A stretch of 42,245 bases of DNA from Phoronis australis (Eukaryota; Animalia; Phoronida), in assembly GCA_002633005.1 (NCBI GenBank), contig NMRA01001185.1, positions 1 through 42,245 on the forward strand. The letters are read 5' to 3'. Positions 22,601 through 33,916 of the stretch are shown here, in pieces. Position 1 is the first letter of the stretch, and the number at the start of each line of letters is the position of its first letter. Under the pieces are notes generated by a model. That model worked only from the letters and a program-made list of their open reading frames with translations. It did no database searches and had not been told where the DNA came from. Both the position numbers and the translations under genes were made by a program.

Positions 22601-25600
22601 NNNNNNNNNNNNNNNNNNNNNNNNNNNNNNNNNNNNNNNNNNNNNNNNNNNNNNNNNNNNNNNNNNNNNNNNNNNNNNNNNNNNNNNNNNNNNNNNNNNN
22701 NNNNNNNNNNNNNNNNNNNNNNNNNNNNNNNNNNNNNNNNNNNNNNNNNNNNNNNNNNNNNNNNNNNNNNNNNNNNNNNNNNNNNNNNNNNNNNNNNNNN
22801 NNNNNNNNNNNNNNNNNNNNNNNNNNNNNNNNNNNNNNNNNNNNNNNNNNNNNNNNNNNNNNNNNNNNNNNNNNNNNNNNNNNNNNNNNNNNNNNNNNNN
22901 NNNNNNNNNNNNNNNNNNNNNNNNNNNNNNNNNNNNNNNNNNNNNNNNNNNNNNNNNNNNNNNNNNNNNNNNNNNNNNNNNNNNNNNNNNNNNNNNNNNN
23001 NNNNNNNNNNNNNNNNNNNNNNNNNNNNNNNNNNNNNNNNNNNNNNNNNNNNNNNNNNNNNNNNNNNNNNNNNNNNNNNNNNNNNNNNNNNNNNNNNNNN
23101 NNNNNNNNNNNNNNNNNNNNNNNNNNNNNNNNNNNNNNNNNNNNNNNNNNAGACTCGAAAACACTAAAAATGGCCACTAGGTGGCGCAAACTATGTCGAA
23201 TCCATCTGAAAACGGCAGGATAGCGTCATCTCACTACTAGGTGCCTACATACCAAATTTCATGAAAATCCGTTCAGGACTTTTGAAGATACAAAGGTAAG
23301 CGTGAAAAACTAAAATTGCCACTAGGGGGCACACCGGTAGTCGGATCCGTCCGAAAGTTCGCACATGCCGTCCCATTCATGAATGGAACATATGTGCCAA
23401 ATTTCATGAACGTATGTCAAAGGGTTTTGGAGATAGAGCAGCGGACGTCGGACGGACGCCGCCCGGACGGACGGACGGACGGACAGAGATGACGGCATAA
23501 TGCGTCCACATATAAATATGTGGGCGCATAACAACACAAAAATGCATATGATTTAGGGAACTTAGTTGTGTCCATAATTGGGATGGTTCCATGCAACTGG
23601 GCACTGGTGTCTACTTGTTCCCTACTCAGATGGGAGGGGTTGTCTATTTGGTCTGAGCTCGGTTTATACTGTGAACATTGAGATATGGTAAAGTTTTCAT
23701 CATTTGCAGCGATGTATTTAGAATTTGATAAACGGAAGAAAGGCAAAATCTAAAAGTATTTTTTTTTGCAAATTCATGGAAAACAAAGTTCAAATGAGTA
23801 GGTTTTCATGGCAACCTGGTTCGAGAGCCATTTTTCCAAAAACCTTTGCTCAGGGTTGCACATACATACTTTAATGATTAAAAACCGAACAATCGCCGCA
23901 CAAATAAAAAAGTTCATATTCAATTCAACGTTTTCTCTTTTCATTAGGCATCAACAGGATCATGTTTACAACAATTTAGGACAACAAGTGCCAACATACA
24001 GCTCTGATTTAATTAACAAAACTTTAACGAGTTCCATATGAAGGTCAGTAAACTTAAAACAGCTTACCTGACCTCCCCTTGGAGCACCTCGTTGGTATAT
24101 TTCGTTGTATTGGAGATTACAAAGTAACGCTGGTTCCATGCCGAGTTGTTGCGGAGATCTTCCTCTAACAAACTGTTGACAAAGTCTAGTTCCTGATCCC
24201 AAAGATTGAACTCCCTGATGACCCACTGTCTGTAGAAAGGGAAAGAGAACCAGCTGAAGCTCAAGGTGATTGAAATGGAAGGTGATTCGCGAACTGTTAC
24301 AATAATTTCAATTATTGCTGACTAACATTTAAGTCTTGCCAGCACGTCATCTGTTGGCCACATCAAGTAGTAATGTATATGACTTTACTGACGAACAGGT
24401 TACCACTACAGTAACTGTTATGCTTAGAATATGGACAAAAAATGATTACGCCACACCCTAACAACTCCTCTATGTTGATAGCCTATTCACTTGCACTAAC
24501 ACACTAACTTGTTCAAAGAGGCAAAATTCAACAGAATTATTTTTTTTTTAAATCTGAAGCTCATACCATGGCAAGAGTTATATGCTGGTACAGTGACTAC
24601 ACATTTTCCGCCCCTATTATAACTCATGCTCCTTTAGGACCAAATTTTAATAATATGAAAAGTTCTTATCAGTTAAGAGAGAGCAGTTTTTACTAATAAA
24701 AATATGCGAAGTGGTCTCAAAATCAGTATGCTTTATTACTGTGTAGCCGACGAAAAGAAATTAAGACTATCTACAACCACAAATATTCTACCCTTTTTCA
24801 ATTTATCAAACATGACTGACAAACCTGTGTTGCCAGGCATGATAGTTTTTTGCATCGTCGCGCAGTATACTCTCAGTAAAGTCTAACTCAGCGCTACCAT
24901 CTTGGAGCCATTCTACAAGAACATGACGATGATGCCTGAAGAGAAAAGAAGAGGTTGACAAGGTTTTAAAGCTACTTTAATTTGTACACTCTTGGGTAAA
25001 ATGTCAGCCAGGAACAGCATTTACAAAATAAACTGCAAAAGAGATAATCCTACAGCATTTGGTAAGTATCTGTATGCCAAATTCATCAAATATGCAGGAC
25101 CTTATCGACAAGTCTGTTTAATTAGTCAAGTATCTACAAAACGATACATTTTAAGTCAGTAAAAGTATAATATTTTATAAACAGTAGAAGGCATGTACAG
25201 ATTGATTTCTGATTATTGACCAATCTGTCCTCATTTGGATCATGTGACCATTTTTAGCAATATTCATCTAGACAGAAAGGTACAGTATAGTGATTGCAAA
25301 ACATGACTACGTTCATTTGGATATGAATGTTCAGGAAAAAATGCTGTAGTCATAATTTCGTTTCTGGCTGCAATAAATTGTTTCATGAAAATCATAAAAA
25401 AACTACTTTTTGATGAATCCTCATCCAACGGAGAATGTTCCGACATTTTGGAGAAGAGCGCACAACACACAGTATCTGAAAGTGCCGTAGGAAGCTGATA
25501 AGCCACTTTTGAGAAATGGTGTTCCAAAGTTAGCTAAATTTGTCCATTTATCTAGGATTTTACACAACCTTATCAGAGTCTGTAACAGAAGTTTTAACTT

Positions 25601-28600
25601 GTCTTACAGACTCAGATAAGGTTATACTACAATTAAAAAAAACTCTATCTCACTCACCACACTTGGTAGTTTTTAGGGTGACTTTCAATAACATCAGTGA
25701 TGTAATGAAGCTCTTCACGTATATCTTTATTCAATGACTTCAGTAATATCCTACGGTAATGCCTAGAACAAAAAAAGAAAAAACTGACAGTCGAACCACA
25801 CAGAATAAAAGCGGCCAGACGCACCCTATAAATTTCAATATATAGTTTACAAAGCACAGAAAACACTTACTACAAGTCTGTCACCTAATCAAACCTGACA
25901 ACATTTTAAACAACAGTTACTGTAGTTTCATGGCCCTCTTTCACTTGAGGGGGGAAGTGCCTGTGCCTTCCGGGAGGGAAATTCCCCGCTACGATTTAAA
26001 AATGATTTCTGAACTTAAGAGAAATTTTTGGGCCTGATGAAGGTAAGTTAAATGTGACTTTAAAATATTTTTCAAAGGGAAAAGGGGGGGCAGCCCGATA
26101 TTGAGGCATCAAGGGCGCTGAGTTTACAAATTAAATAAACTGGACAGACTTTGACAGAAGTCCACCAAATTTGACGACTGTGTGTCTAAGTTACTTAGAA
26201 ATACAGCAATGCGGAGGTGTGTAATGCCTCCACAACAGCAACGCAAATGGTGGGCATCTAACATAAAAATGGCCATTAAATGGCGCAACATAAGTCAAAC
26301 CCATCTGAAATTGGGAAAATGTCGTCTATTAAAGAAACTGTTTTTAAAAGTTCATGAAAGTACACAAAGGAACTTCAGATATAGAGGGAAACGTAAAAAA
26401 ACAAATTGCCATTAGAAGACACAGCAGTAGTTGAATCCGTCCATCTGATGTCAAGTTAATAGACTTGACAAATTGTGATCTTGCAAGGCATTTAGCAGAC
26501 ACAGTCGCTGATGTGAGCATAATGTCACCACGAAGCACCACAGTTATGTTGGACCCATCTGAAAATCCAGGTCAGTAGGAACACATCTACCAATTTGCAT
26601 ATCGGTCCTCAGAGTGGTTTGGCAAATACAGAAGCAAACAGCAAAAACATACTAAAAATAACTGACATGCCCACTGAGGTGGTACAAAATACAACGAATC
26701 AATCTAAAATTGGAAACATTCTGTTACCTCCATAAATAGAAACTTGTGTCCAAATTTTGTGAAAAAAATCAAGGAACTCAGAAGATATAGAGGCCAACTT
26801 AAGGTAAAAAAATAAAATTGCTATCAGGGGCATAAGGATAGTCACACCCATCCAACGTCATGGACAGCCACTGTCACATCCATAGGATAACACCAGCAAA
26901 AAAGAATCATGAGTTGCAGCCATGATCGCAAAAACTACAAAATCACCACAAGTGGAGGCCTCAGGCATCAGATCCCTCCAAAAATCAATGTCACCAGGAA
27001 CACAACTGCTATCTGATTCATAATGATCCTTTAAGCATATTGGCACATAAAGGAGCAAACGCTGAAAACAGTGTTTAACTTAAAATAATAAAAATAGCCA
27101 CTAAGTAGTGCAAAATATATTGAATCTGTCTGAAAATGGAAAAACATAGTTGCTGCCTTAATAGAAACCTACACAAATTTGCCAAATTTCAGAAAACTCC
27201 AGAACTCTAAGGGTACAGAGGCAAAGTAACCTAAAAAACTGTTATTCATTGTCATTTCCATAGGAACATATCTGTCACACTTCACAAAGATCCTCCACAG
27301 AGAATAAGGAGATACAGTCGTGGATGCAAAAAAAGCCCCAAGTGTCAGCTATGGTCTTCTAATCAGGTAAACATCTGCCAAATGAATTTTCCCAATGACC
27401 CTTTGAATGCTTGGGACGAAAGGATGGCGGATGTCAAAAATGTACTAATTTTTTTTAGAATTGCCACTAGGTGGCTGAGAATAAACCAAATCCATCTGAA
27501 AATGGTAAGGTGTCGTCACCTCTTTAATGGAAACCTATGTGCTAAGTTTCACGAAAATGCAGCAAGAAACTTCGAAGATACTCAGGCAATGGTAAAAATT
27601 TAAACTGCCACCAGAGACACAACAGCTGTGGGATGGTCTGGAACCATTTGCCATGTTAGCATCTCCATATGAAAACATCCACCAAATTTCAAAAAGATCA
27701 TCCAAAGAGTTACAGCCATGGATGCAAAGAAAAACAAAAATTGCCACTAGAAGTCACCCCAGCAAAGTCCACAGAATAAGTGTCAGCAGCAATCTTCTCA
27801 TCAGGAACACAGCCATCTGTCATTTTTCATAATGATTCTTTGAGCAGTGTGGCAGATAGGAGGGTGGACATCAAAAAGTACTGATTCAAATAGTTTTAAA
27901 TTGACACCAGGTGGCACAGAATAGGTCAAACCTCTCCAAAAGCAGAAAGGCGTCATCATCTATAGAAAACTATGTGCAAATCCATTAAGGATCTCAAAAG
28001 ATACAGAGGCAAACATAGACCCATGGGAGTTTATTCGGCATAATTTTTCGAATAAACGACCATGGGTGTTACATTGGGTGGGCTTATCTACTGAAAATAA
28101 CGGAAGCTGCTAATTCCTTTTGCCAGATTTAAATGAGACGTTAGTATGCCAAATCAGGAAAAAAGATGGTATTACGCATAGCCAATACTGTGCTCCTTCT
28201 TCAGTTTAAAAATCAATTACTGTAACTGAGGTCACAGGCACAATGAGATGCTCTATGGCTATATGTGGGTGAACTTCTAAATGTCTGAAAAATTCTGTAC
28301 TATGAGGAATGTTACAATCCAGTCCATCAACCTCCTGAAGGGCAAGGTGCCAGTGAACCTGAGAGGGGGTTTTGTTGAGTGAAGCAAAATTCTTCCCTGA
28401 ATGCTTTCAGGAATGTTTGAGAAGTGAGGATTCAGACCTTGAGGTGATTTTTTTAGTTATTGGGCAATAATTTTTGAGCTTGAGGAGGGTGATTTTTAAA
28501 TAACTAATTGGGGAATGAGGCTGATATTTGTCTCCAAAATCCCGACATCGAGAGCCTTGTAATCTCCCACCATAGTAATACACAATGTGAGATTCAGGTA

Positions 28601-30451
28601 TTAGCAAATCACTTAAGCAGATCAAATTACTGCTTTGCCATCTTCAACTTCTGTGAAGTAGCTATATCATCCTACAATATTTGAAAAATGAAGACAAGAC
28701 AAACTTTACACTCGTCTGGCATCTACTACATGTGTCTGAGCTACACAAGAAAACAAACAGGTTATGGTAAACACTCACCAGTTTCTGACAAACACAATTT
28801 TGTCAAATTGACCCTTTCTTCACAAATCGAAGGCTTTTTCCGTGAATATCCCCAGATTCTCAAAACATTCTCTGGTGTTAGCTATAGTAAATAACTTAAG
28901 ACTGTAAAAAATTTCAATGGAATACTATTTGCCTTTTTGAAAAAAGTGGAAAATATAACTTCACCTGTCTGACATATTGTGTCATAAACTGGTGAGATCT
29001 AAGGGTATTGGGAATAAACTGGTGAGATCTAAAGGTATTGGGAATAAACTGGTGAGATCTAAGGGTATTGGGAATAAACTGGTGAGATCTAAGGGTATTG
29101 GGAATAAACTGGTGAGATCTAAGGGTATTGGGAATAAACTGGTGAGATCTAAGGGTATTGGGAATAAACTGGTGAGATCTAAGGGTGTTGGGAATAAACT
29201 GGTGAGATCTAAGGGTATTGGGAATTGATGGCTTCAAATGTTTGACTAACCACACAGTATAGTTGGCTGGATTCAGTTTGGCAGCGTCTGTGGAGAGTTG
29301 GAACGCTCGCTCACTTCGCTCGTCAGACTTGAGTACGGCACGGAAGTAGTCATAGACATCACGGACTGAAAATAAGAATTTGTCAAAATAAAATTTAATA
29401 CTCAAATGCCAAAATAAAACGGCATACATTGTTCATAAACTTTGTCATACACACGAGTCAGAATAATTGGTTCCAAACTGGAAAAGAATGAAAATTCATT
29501 TTGCTCTTTTGTTTACATTTAGTGACTCATTCCTCTCGCTATCACAGGCAATGCTCAAAATAAGTCTCTTAAAGCAGAATGCCAAAATGTTTTTGACATA
29601 TTTGGTTATTTTAAATGTACGCAAGATAACATTGTTTTCTACTTCCAATAAATCGTATAACTGATGGATAAAAAGAGAATGATGTTCTCAGCATATTTCA
29701 CTTTCCAGCATTTTGTTCCAGATCTCTATTTCAGTTAAAAACATCAGGAAAGCAATTATAAGGTTACACTAACTAATAACAAAGACACAGGAAACAATAC
29801 AGACCACCATGTCACTTCATTAATCAGAAACAGGTGACAGTAATCAGGGGTCTCGATGCCTTGCTTGTGACACTGAACATTGGGTGAAATAAGCCTTAGA
29901 AAAATAAAAAAACAGAAAATAGTTGAATTTTTTACTAAAACAAAAGAAATCTGCATCCAGTTAGAACTTCAATGAGGGATGTTCTGACACTGGAGAGAAA
30001 ATATTGATCAACAAGTGGAAACAGATGAAGGTCCAGTATTAGGTAATAGTATTGCTTAAACAAGTGGAAACAGATGAAGGTCCAGTATTAGGTAATAGTC
30101 ACATACAAGAGACGATCTAATGCACAGTCTTCTTTACTTTCAGTCAAATAACATAGTTTTCTTCCTTTAGACTGTTATTAAATTGCTATAATTTATGATT
30201 GAAATGTAATTATTTGCCATTGAGCAAATGTATCCTCACACAAATTATGCTCGTTGTTTGGCATTTCAGTAGTTTTCCAGACAGTGAAACCGTTTTGTAT
30301 CCAAACACTCACATTTGTCAGAATAGGCAATTTTTACTACAGGGCTGGGTCCATCATTCTGAGGGATTGGGGTCACATCCTGCCACTCAGGACGATCCCT
30401 ATAGAACACCCAGGTTTCACTACCATTTTCATCTGAGCTAGAGTCGGCCAT
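19508..30451 (-). CDS. FNTA: Protein farnesyltransferase/geranylgeranyltransferase type-1 subunit alpha, whole gene (8 coding exons, 320 aa)
   Basis: complement(join(30313-30451,29251-29365,25658-25762,24825-24935,24068-24229,21021-21083,20308-20482,19508-19600)) = 963 nt, GT-AG, phases agree. N-terminal [40 protein letters not shown]. Five PPTA repeats ([57 protein letters not shown]). C-terminal [10 protein letters not shown]. Confidence 0.96.
20308..20482 (-). CDS. FNTA: FNTA coding exon 7
   Basis: cag|[40 protein letters not shown]...LTKALE|gttggt. Confidence 0.92.
21021..21083 (-). CDS. FNTA: FNTA coding exon 6
   Basis: cag|[21 protein letters not shown]|gtaaga. Confidence 0.93.
22342..23531 (-). 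mobile_element. Helentron-associated interspersed element (HINE; DINE-1/pearl-like) in FNTA intron 5
   Basis: Minus strand: TT, stem-loop atgcgcccacatat-tt-atatgtggacgcat, (GTCC)n microsatellite, internal repeats (gap), subTIR tgtgggcgcat (22369-22379), hairpin caacgc-tcc-gcgttg, end ctcttgtttt. Confidence 0.85.
22585..23150. other. Assembly gap (566 N)
   Basis: Run of N inside the HINE. Confidence 1.
24068..24229 (-). CDS. FNTA: FNTA coding exon 5
   Basis: cag|[38 protein letters not shown]...GEV|gtaagc. Confidence 0.94.
24825..24935 (-). CDS. FNTA: FNTA coding exon 4
   Basis: cag|[37 protein letters not shown]|gtttgt. Confidence 0.94.
25658..25762 (-). CDS. FNTA: FNTA coding exon 3
   Basis: tag|[35 protein letters not shown]|gtgagt. 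Confidence 0.94.
26260..28015. repeat. Decayed HINE internal tandem array (~120-150 bp subunits, ~400 bp higher-order period)
   Basis: The gccactaggtggc..aatccatctgaaa-type subunit recurs near 26270, 26667, 27093, 27461 and 27901, with two other subunit types between; homologous to 3333-4016 and 23151-23430. Confidence 0.75.
28772..28998. mobile_element. ~225 bp MITE with ~30 bp TIRs (Tc1/mariner-like)
   Basis: ctcaccagtttctgacaaacacaattttgtcaaa vs reverse complement of the right end ctcaccagtttatgacacaatatgtcaga. Confidence 0.65.
28984..29223. repeat. Minisatellite, 30 bp x 8
   Basis: ataaactggtgagatctaagggtattggga, near-perfect. Confidence 0.97.
29251..29365 (-). CDS. FNTA: FNTA coding exon 2
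   Basis: cag|[38 protein letters not shown]|gttagt. Confidence 0.94.
30010..30099. repeat. 41 bp direct duplication (49 bp period)
   Basis: aacaagtggaaacagatgaaggtccagtattaggtaatagt occurs twice. Confidence 0.9.
30313..30451 (-). CDS. FNTA: FNTA coding exon 1
   Basis: [23 protein letters not shown]...KIAYSDK|gtgagt; acceptor ttttcag 5 nt before the ATG suggests a further 5' UTR exon. Confidence 0.92.
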
Positions 30452-31933
30452 AGTTTCTGAAAATACAAGCATTGAAACATGTATAAAATACACTTTTGTG
30501 AAATAGTTTCTGTCGTACTTGAATTGAAAAAACATGCAAAACTAATCAAAAGTGGTGAAAGTAATTGGGGTATTTGGTCACTGAATCAAGAAGTGTATAA
30601 CAGTAACTAATGACAATCATACAAAGTTAAATCTAAGCCAGCGGGTCACCTACATAAGTGATTCTCAAGTCTTGGTTTTGATGCAAATCGGGCTTTGCCT
30701 TAAAGCAGCAAGTTTGGATTTGATTGGAGAATTAGCTGCATGCTAAAGGGAGGATTTCTTAGATGTATCATTAACAGGGCTGGAGAATTAGGATACTCAT
30801 CGATACAAAATCCCTGGACTCAATAAGTTGAATCACTTGAAGAAAGCTTCTATCATGAAAGTCAGCATCCTTTAATGGTTTTTGTATTAGAAACACTACA
30901 CTTCTTAAGGCCTAATCTAAACATTTTGACAGGTGACCCTCAGCTACAGTGTGCTTGAAACAGTACATGAAGACTGCCATGTTGACAAGTTGTTAAAAAA
31001 GGAATTCTATAGGTTGCAACAACCTGTTTCTAAATGGAGTAAACTCAGAAAGGGCATGTCAGCTGGCACCACGTTCATTCGATACAATAGTCAATATTCG
31101 GCATTTTACGTACTACATTATATTATGTATAAATAGAGCTTCAGAAACGTTTTTGGCACCACATGGGACCTTCCTCTTTTCTAACAGAACTTGAAGGAAG
31201 TGATTGCTTTTCAATAGCCAATAGTATATGCAGTGAAGATTTTTTCCTCCAGTGTGACCATTGACCACTAACTTCTACTGAATGCCATATTCAAATGATC
31301 AATCGAGGCGAACTTTAGGTTTTTCAGACATTTTACACCTCCTTCCCACTTCATCAAAACTTGGAGGAAACTCGTTTCTAGGCAACACATTTTAGCCAAT
31401 ATTACCACGAATGCCAGAATGATTGAACATTTTCATGGCATCCCCAGCTTTCACTGCACTAAAACTCAGGGTGAAGTTTAGCCTCGGCAAGTCACCAAAG
31501 GGAAATACTGCATGTTATTGTCAAATGCACACGCTATGAAACTTTTTTGACAGTTATGAAACCTCAGTTCATTGCAAATATAGATCATGTGTCGCAAGAC
31601 TGGCATCATTGGTTGGTTGATATGTGGTGTGTGAAGTTATATGCACAAAGGTATGAAATTCCGAGCTCGTTCAAGCTTTCTCACGTTGTTGTGTTTTTTG
31701 GGTATTTATTAATGAAGTTGGTTATCTGTTAAAAAAACAGATTTTCATCTGGCTTTGTCCATATTAGAAAGTTTATAAAGCCATTTTTATATTTAAAGTC
31801 GGGATGGGCCTAGTTGATGCATACCTAATCTTGAGAAAATTTGCGATTTTATGTCCAGCTTCATTGAGAAATGTAGCCAATGACCAAGAGGCCTTGAGGA
31901 CATATTCTTAATTTGAAGTGCGGAAACTTGACA

Positions 31934-32015
31934 ATTTAAGATATATTTTGATTACATTGAACATGAGATGCGACGATTTAAGATATATTTTGAATACATT
32001 GAACAGAAGATGCGA
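31934..32015. repeat. 42 bp tandem duplication
   Basis: atttaagatatattttga.tacattgaaca..agatgcga occurs twice. Confidence 0.85.
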
Positions 32016-32067
32016 TTGAAGAGACGATTGCCAAGATATCAGACAGTGCTCATCTACTGTACACTTA

Positions 32068-32670
32068 GACAGTGACCACTGTCTCTGGCTGGCTCAGTAG
32101 AGGCGGTGGAGCTCTTATAAGAGCTGCATACGCTGGAAGCTTTTCAGCGAATTGTTCCTCACACTGATTAAAACATCAAAGTCACTTTGTTATAAGTACC
32201 TTTTGCGCATAGAGGAAAAGCTTAGGAGGCTGTCAATGTCTTTAATTCCTTTCAACTCAAACAAGTACTCCCGTTATCAAACTTTTTCTTCGAGCAGTCC
32301 TTCGTTAAGTTCCCAAATTAATCAGAAACTGGCCATTTTTAACACTGCGCATGGCAGGTGGTATGACGCCATATCCCCAGTGTTGCGTGCAGTGAAAAAA
32401 TGGCCAGTTACCGATTTTGGGAACTGAGCAAGGGACTGCTCGAACAAAACGTTTGATAACGGGAGTATTTGATTGAGTTGTAAGGAATTAAAGACATCGA
32501 TAACCTAGTTTCAAAGGTTCCCTCTCTATGCAAAAGGTATTTTATAATGTGACTTCAAATGATCTTTTAGTCGGTGTGACGCACGATTCGCTGAAAAGCT
32601 TCCCGCGTATGAAGCTCCTACAGGAGCTACACTGTGTCTACTGAGCCAGCTAGAGACAGTGGTCACTATC
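32068..32670. mobile_element. 603 bp foldback/MITE with ~280 bp inverted arms, TA flanks
   Basis: ta-gacagtgaccactgtctct.gctggctcagtaga... / ...tctactgagccagctagagacagtggtcactatc-ta. Complementarity continues inward to aactggccattttt..cactgc / gcagtg..aaaaatggccagtt, leaving a spacer of ~40 bp. Confidence 0.9.
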
Positions 32671-33307
32671 TAATAGTACTTCACATTTAACCTCGGAGGG
32701 CCGGGGCCGTGCCCCCCCAAAATTTTCAGACGTTAGGGTTAAACCGTGGCAACTGGCATAGGCGTGGATGCCATGACTGATGTACCAACATTAAAAATAA
32801 GATTAGACTATGCAGTTGGCCCGCGCTGAATCTCAGTGACCACGAACTTCAGATGTTCAGGAAGTGTGTACATTTTTGGAACACACTATAGTTTTCCCCA
32901 GCCACCAGAAAGTGGACTACAGGTGGTGTTTCAACTAAGCATTTTGAAACAGCCACAAAGACACTATACCAGGGACTTTAGTACCTCACCTTTTCAAAAA
33001 AACTCCTTCAAAGAATGACCATACTATGAAATAAAGTGTTTCCGAAACTGGACCATAATAGAACGAATCCCTTAGAGCGAGCGCAGACGGAGGTACAAGC
33101 TGCCTGTCTCAAGTGAATCACAGCTGAGCTGACCAGCAACTAGCTTTAGTTCATTGGGAATTTCGTATTTGCGCACTGTTAGATCCACTTGAGGCAGCTC
33201 CTCGCTACAGGTCAGTGTATTTGTCCTAAGGCCCATTCTTACTCTCCATGTTGGTTCAGGGTTACTGATCAACTCAACTCTTGATGGCTTCATCCCCGGG
33301 TTTGTCC

Positions 33308-33465
33308 CAGGGGCGGATCCAGGATTTTGAGTTTGATGGGTAGGGCAGAGTATTAGCTAGGGTTTTACCTGTCAGAAATTCGGACCCCCGAACCGGCTGC
33401 CAAATGGTATCTGGGATTATTTTATGGGGGCCATGGCCTCTTGGCCACCCCTAAATCTGCAACTG
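33308..33465. mobile_element. Degenerate hAT-like MITE
   Basis: caggggcggatccagg ... ccctaaatctgcaactg imperfect TIRs; TSD not recognisable. Confidence 0.4.
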
Positions 33466-33514
33466 TTCCCCTACCTAGGGTGGACGTGGGAGATTCGGTA
33501 CAAATATGGTGGCA

Positions 33515-33692
33515 NNNNNNNNNNNNNNNNNNNNNNNNNNNNNNNNNNNNNNNNNNNNNNNNNNNNNNNNNNNNNNNNNNNNNNNNNNNNNNNNNNNNNN
33601 NNNNNNNNNNNNNNNNNNNNNNNNNNNNNNNNNNNNNNNNNNNNNNNNNNNNNNNNNNNNNNNNNNNNNNNNNNNNNNNNNNNNNNNNNNNN
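33515..33692. other. Assembly gap (178 N)
   Basis: Run of N in the FNTA/FHIP2 divergent region. Confidence 1.
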
Positions 33693-33871
33693 TCAGCATT
33701 AAACTTAAAAACATTTACATGGCATTTTTAACACATTGTTGTGCGCAAGCGTCAAACGTAGACATTTCCTGTTTTTATTTTGCCAGCGATTCACTTTTAA
33801 TTTCTGTACCATAAATAGCTGTATTTACGATGTGATGATTATTGCACTGCTGTGAGAAGCTGCAGGGAGAA

Positions 33872-33916
33872 ATGTTTCGGAAATTCACTACCATCCTTAA
33901 CCAGGCGGTTGAGGCG
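33872..33916 (+). CDS. FHIP2: FHIP2 exon 1
   Basis: [15 protein letters not shown]|gtgagt. Confidence 0.9.

Noticed and set aside
22482-23223. Long ORFs of 197-235 aa (also 33424-33814)
   Set aside because: Composed of N-gap residues.
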